9,228 nucleotides of DNA. Origin: a virus (taxonomy: Duplodnaviria > Heunggongvirae > Uroviricota > Caudoviricetes). Of the stretch, positions 7,061-9,228 are shown in pieces. Position 1 is the stretch's first letter. Every line of letters begins with the position of its first letter. Under the pieces are notes generated by a model that saw nothing but the letters and a program-made list of their open reading frames with translations, did no database searches and had not been told where the DNA came from. The stretch is from IMG/VR virus record IMGVR_UViG_2526164665_000028, one strand, 5' to 3'. The translations under genes and the position numbers were made by a program.

Positions 7061-7082
7061 TGCGAGTCCGGCCTTCGCACCA
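7061..7082 (+). other. att core: 3'-terminal fragment of a tRNA-Leu (leuX-type) gene, probable attR / right boundary of the satellite
   Basis: TGCGAGTCCGGCCTTCGCACCA matches the T-loop/acceptor 3' end of E. coli tRNA-Leu(CAA) as I recall it (TTCGAGTCCGGCCTTCGGCACCA) with two differences. No 5' half is present, so this is a duplicated integration-site fragment, not a tRNA gene. Confidence 0.55.
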
Positions 7083-7615
7083 AGTTACTAAATTCCTTAC
7101 AATACAGTTAGTTAGACGATTAAATCTGTCTCTTTTGCCTGTAAGAAATGCTCTGTTATGTCCCTTGAAAAAGCCGCTGTGGTTGATAGTGGTAATTGGG
7201 ATGTTAACTCATAGCGGCGTGTCGTTCCAAGCGTCAAACACGTACTGACTCAACTTGAAAGCTATGACGTAGCCACCGTCTCTAAACAATCCCAAAACTT
7301 TTAGTGCAGCGCATTTTAGCCCGATGCCCCCATTCTGTCGCCGTCGCGAGACGCCGCAGGGGATAAACAGGTTTATGGTGGTCACGGTACTTGCAGACCA
7401 TATGCAAGCTCTGCCAGCGGTTCGGCCTCGCTCCCCTTGGGTACATGGTCATCCTGATAAGCCTCACTAACTGACATAACCCTGATGAAGTCGCAAGAGG
7501 CTCCGCTTGTTGTCTTACCACCAACGGGGCTTTATGGATTCTATTGCTTAATATATGATTGTATCAAACTTAGACTGCATAATTTAAACGAACATAACAA
7601 TCAGGCAGGGGAAGA

Positions 7616-8440
7616 ATGATAAAGCCATTTTCTGTGAGGTATGGTCATGTTGACGTTAGAGAGCATGTCCAGCTGAATGATCTTAATTCTGATACACGCA
7701 TGGCATTGTGGAATTGCTTATATCTTTTCCTTTGGACTAACAATCGTCAAACTGCTACAGCAACAAAATGTGCGCAGTCTGTGTGGATATATTATCTAAA
7801 TCAACCTGCGGATAATATTCCTCGTTATGAAAGTGGATACAAAAGTGATAAGACGTTGCTGACTGCTATCCGAGATTATATATATGGGGAAGCATGGTAT
7901 TTGGTATATGATTTAATTGAGTTCATCATTGAGAGAACTAATTCATATATTAATCTATCGAAGCATCTCAATTCCATCTTTAAAAAGCATGGCGTTGGTT
8001 ATACCATAATAAATGGTTGTATTACTCCTATTTCAAATGATAACGAAATTGAAAGTGTTCAGAACGCAGTTGATAATGGCACTGATTCATCGCGTAGCCA
8101 TTTCGAAAGGGCGTTACAACTAATGACGGATAGAGAGCAGCCAGACTACAGAAACTCGATTAAAGAGTCTATCTCTGCAATTGAATCTTTATGCAGGAAA
8201 ATCACGGGCAATGATAAAGGAACCTTGGGGGCTTGTCTTAAAGCTATAGAGGAAAAAGGATATATACACTCTGCAATGAAAGGCGCTTTTAGTCAGCTCT
8301 ATGGTTATACAAGTGATCAGGGTGGAATACGTCATGCGCTAACAGAAGAAGATGTAAATCCTACCTTAGCTGAAGCTAAATTTATGTTAGTCACTTGCAG
8401 TGCGTTCAGTAATTATCTGTTGTCAAAAATAAGTGATTAA
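7616..8440 (+). CDS. Hypothetical protein, tentatively AbiJ-like abortive-infection protein (HEPN/Abi_C-like C-terminal region)
   Basis: 274 aa; GGGGAAG upstream of ATG 7616; stop TAA at 8438-8440. Strongly AT-biased codons. N-terminus MIKPFSVRYGHV...ALWN and C-terminal ...YGYTSDQGGIRHALTEED... recall AbiJ-N/Abi_C proteins, but this is from memory of motif patterns only. Confidence 0.55.
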   Translation: MIKPFSVRYGHVDVREHVQLNDLNSDTRMALWNCLYLFLWTNNRQTATATKCAQSVWIYYLNQPADNIPRYESGYKSDKTLLTAIRDYIYGEAWYLVYDLIEFIIERTNSYINLSKHLNSIFKKHGVGYTIINGCITPISNDNEIESVQNAVDNGTDSSRSHFERALQLMTDREQPDYRNSIKESISAIESLCRKITGNDKGTLGACLKAIEEKGYIHSAMKGAFSQLYGYTSDQGGIRHALTEEDVNPTLAEAKFMLVTCSAFSNYLLSKISD

Positions 8441-8458
8441 TTACAGGTTTATAGTTAC

Positions 8459-8479
8459 GAGTGGGTTAGTTACCCACTC
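8459..8479. terminator. Hairpin between convergent genes (possible bidirectional terminator)
   Basis: GAGTGGGT-TAGTT-ACCCACTC 8-bp stem in the 48-bp gap between the convergent ORFs, with flanking A/T-rich sequence. Confidence 0.45.
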
Positions 8480-8488
8480 CCTTTAAAA

Positions 8489-8964
8489 TTATTCACCAGA
8501 CTCTAATCTTTTTTCTCTTTTCTCATCTCTCCTTTTTATTGCCAAATCGTGTTGCTCTTGCAGATACGTGCGTTCTTCGTTTCTATCGCTTGAAGTATAT
8601 ACGTCTGCTTTTACTTTTTTAGCTCCTTGTGCAATAGGTTTCCAATCCTCTCTTATACCTTTAATTTGTTCTGCAATTTGCGTCAATGGGCTTCTCGCTC
8701 CTAGATAACTTATTCCTTCAAATGTCGCCATGTCATACACATATTCATTTGTTTCTCTATCGTTTGATTTAGGTTTGCTTGCCCAGCTTATATTAATATT
8801 ATAAATTTGATCTTTGATTTGTTCATACTTACAGAGATTGCTGGTAAGTGATTGCCCATTTTTTAACACGCTTACCTTACTAAACGGAATCTCACTTTTT
8901 TCTCTATGCTCCGCATTTACTAGTGGAGGATCAAACACAACCTCAACATTATAGGCAGGTGAGG
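8489..8964 (-). pseudogene. Hypothetical protein, 5'-truncated by IS3-family insertion (remnant ORF; first ~44 codons of the 8489-9097 ORF are IS-derived)
   Basis: The ORF reads in frame across the IS terminus at 8965. Downstream of the junction the first in-frame ATG is far inside the ORF; only a GTG at 8936-8938 with a close GAGG is available. AT-rich composition like the neighbouring gene. Confidence 0.5.
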
Positions 8965-8975
8965 TGTACTGGCAA
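8948..8975 (-). promoter_or_regulatory. Hybrid outward promoter at the IS3 junction
   Basis: On the minus strand, TTGCCA (IS terminal repeat, 8970-8975), 16-bp spacer, TATAAT (flanking DNA, 8948-8953), reading into the truncated gene. Confidence 0.4.
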
Positions 8976-9228
8976 TAGCGGACACTACCATTTGTTCTTT
9001 TTTTAAGCAGCCATCTGATGATATTTTTCCCTGAAGGCTGCCGGGGAGATATTCCCCAGACGAGAGTGACGACGCTGACGATTGTAGAAAATCTCAATGT
9101 ATTCCCGTATTACTGAGATGGCTTCATCCCGGTTATTAAAACGATAGTGGCTCAGGCTCTCATTTTTCAGCGTTCCCCAGAAGCTTTCCATCGGAGCGTT
9201 GTCGTAACAGTTACCTTTACGCGACATT
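8965..9228 (-). mobile_element. IS3-family insertion sequence, terminal part (continues right of window)
   Basis: Terminus TGTACTGGCAATAGCGGACAC at 8965-8985 resembles IS3-family terminal inverted repeats (TG end, CAATAGxGGACAC block); the transposase C-terminus lies just inside it. Confidence 0.7.
9003..9228 (-). CDS. IS3-family transposase OrfB C-terminal fragment (integrase catalytic core end)
   Basis: ...GNCYDNAPMESFWGTLKNE...RDEAISVIREYIEIFYNRQRRHSRLGNISPAAFREKY is the conserved C-terminal region of IS3-family OrfB; stop TAA at 9003-9005; 5' end beyond the window. Confidence 0.8.
   Translation of the reverse strand, partial: MSRKGNCYDNAPMESFWGTLKNESLSHYRFNNRDEAISVIREYIEIFYNRQRRHSRLGNISPAAFREKYHQMAA

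Larger units (their letters stand above)
242..7082. mobile_element. P4-like phage satellite (partial; int and variable region expected left of window)
   Basis: Co-linear P4 gene set (sid, psu, delta; alpA/vis; CI-type immunity RNA region; alpha primase-helicase) with iteron clusters, ending at a tRNA-Leu 3'-end fragment at 7061-7082. Confidence 0.7.

Noticed and set aside
7054-7248. 64-aa ORF overlapping the att core
   Set aside because: Starts inside the tRNA-derived sequence with no RBS; non-coding boundary region.
7282-7524. 80-aa minus-strand ORF in the GC-rich segment
   Set aside because: No RBS, Arg-rich low-complexity product typical of a random ORF in GC-rich DNA.
8489-9097. Full-length 202-aa ORF as an intact gene
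   Set aside because: Its first ~44 codons are read from the IS3-family terminal repeat and transposase 3' end in another frame, so it is a chimeric read-through ORF created by the insertion, not the native gene.

Overview
The window holds most of a P4-like phage satellite (about 242-7082), bracketed by two insertion sequences, followed by a visibly AT-rich segment that is the best candidate for an undescribed defence locus. Left to right: (1) the 3' end of an IS66-family element (1-241) inserted next to a GC-rich cos-like sequence; (2) a leftward late operon sid-psu-delta (2098 down to 521) with coupled start/stop overlaps and an intrinsic terminator; (3) an ~880 bp AT-rich non-coding region carrying TGTTCAC-type iteron repeats (ori-like); (4) a rightward operon: alpA/vis-like regulator, a P4 CI / P1 C4-type antisense-RNA immunity region (bipartite target, complementary RNA, second target overlapping a ribosome-binding site), three coupled small ORFs and a 777-aa alpha-type primase-helicase; (5) a second iteron cluster (crr-like) and a 3' fragment of a tRNA-Leu (leuX-type) gene at 7061-7082, which I read as the att core and right boundary of the satellite; (6) beyond that boundary, a 274-aa protein with tentative AbiJ-like/HEPN features, convergent with a gene whose 5' end was removed by an IS3-family insertion (8965 to window end). 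That insertion places a -35-like hexamer 16 bp from a perfect TATAAT in the flanking DNA. All family assignments come from reading the translated ORFs and motifs by eye; no database search was run.
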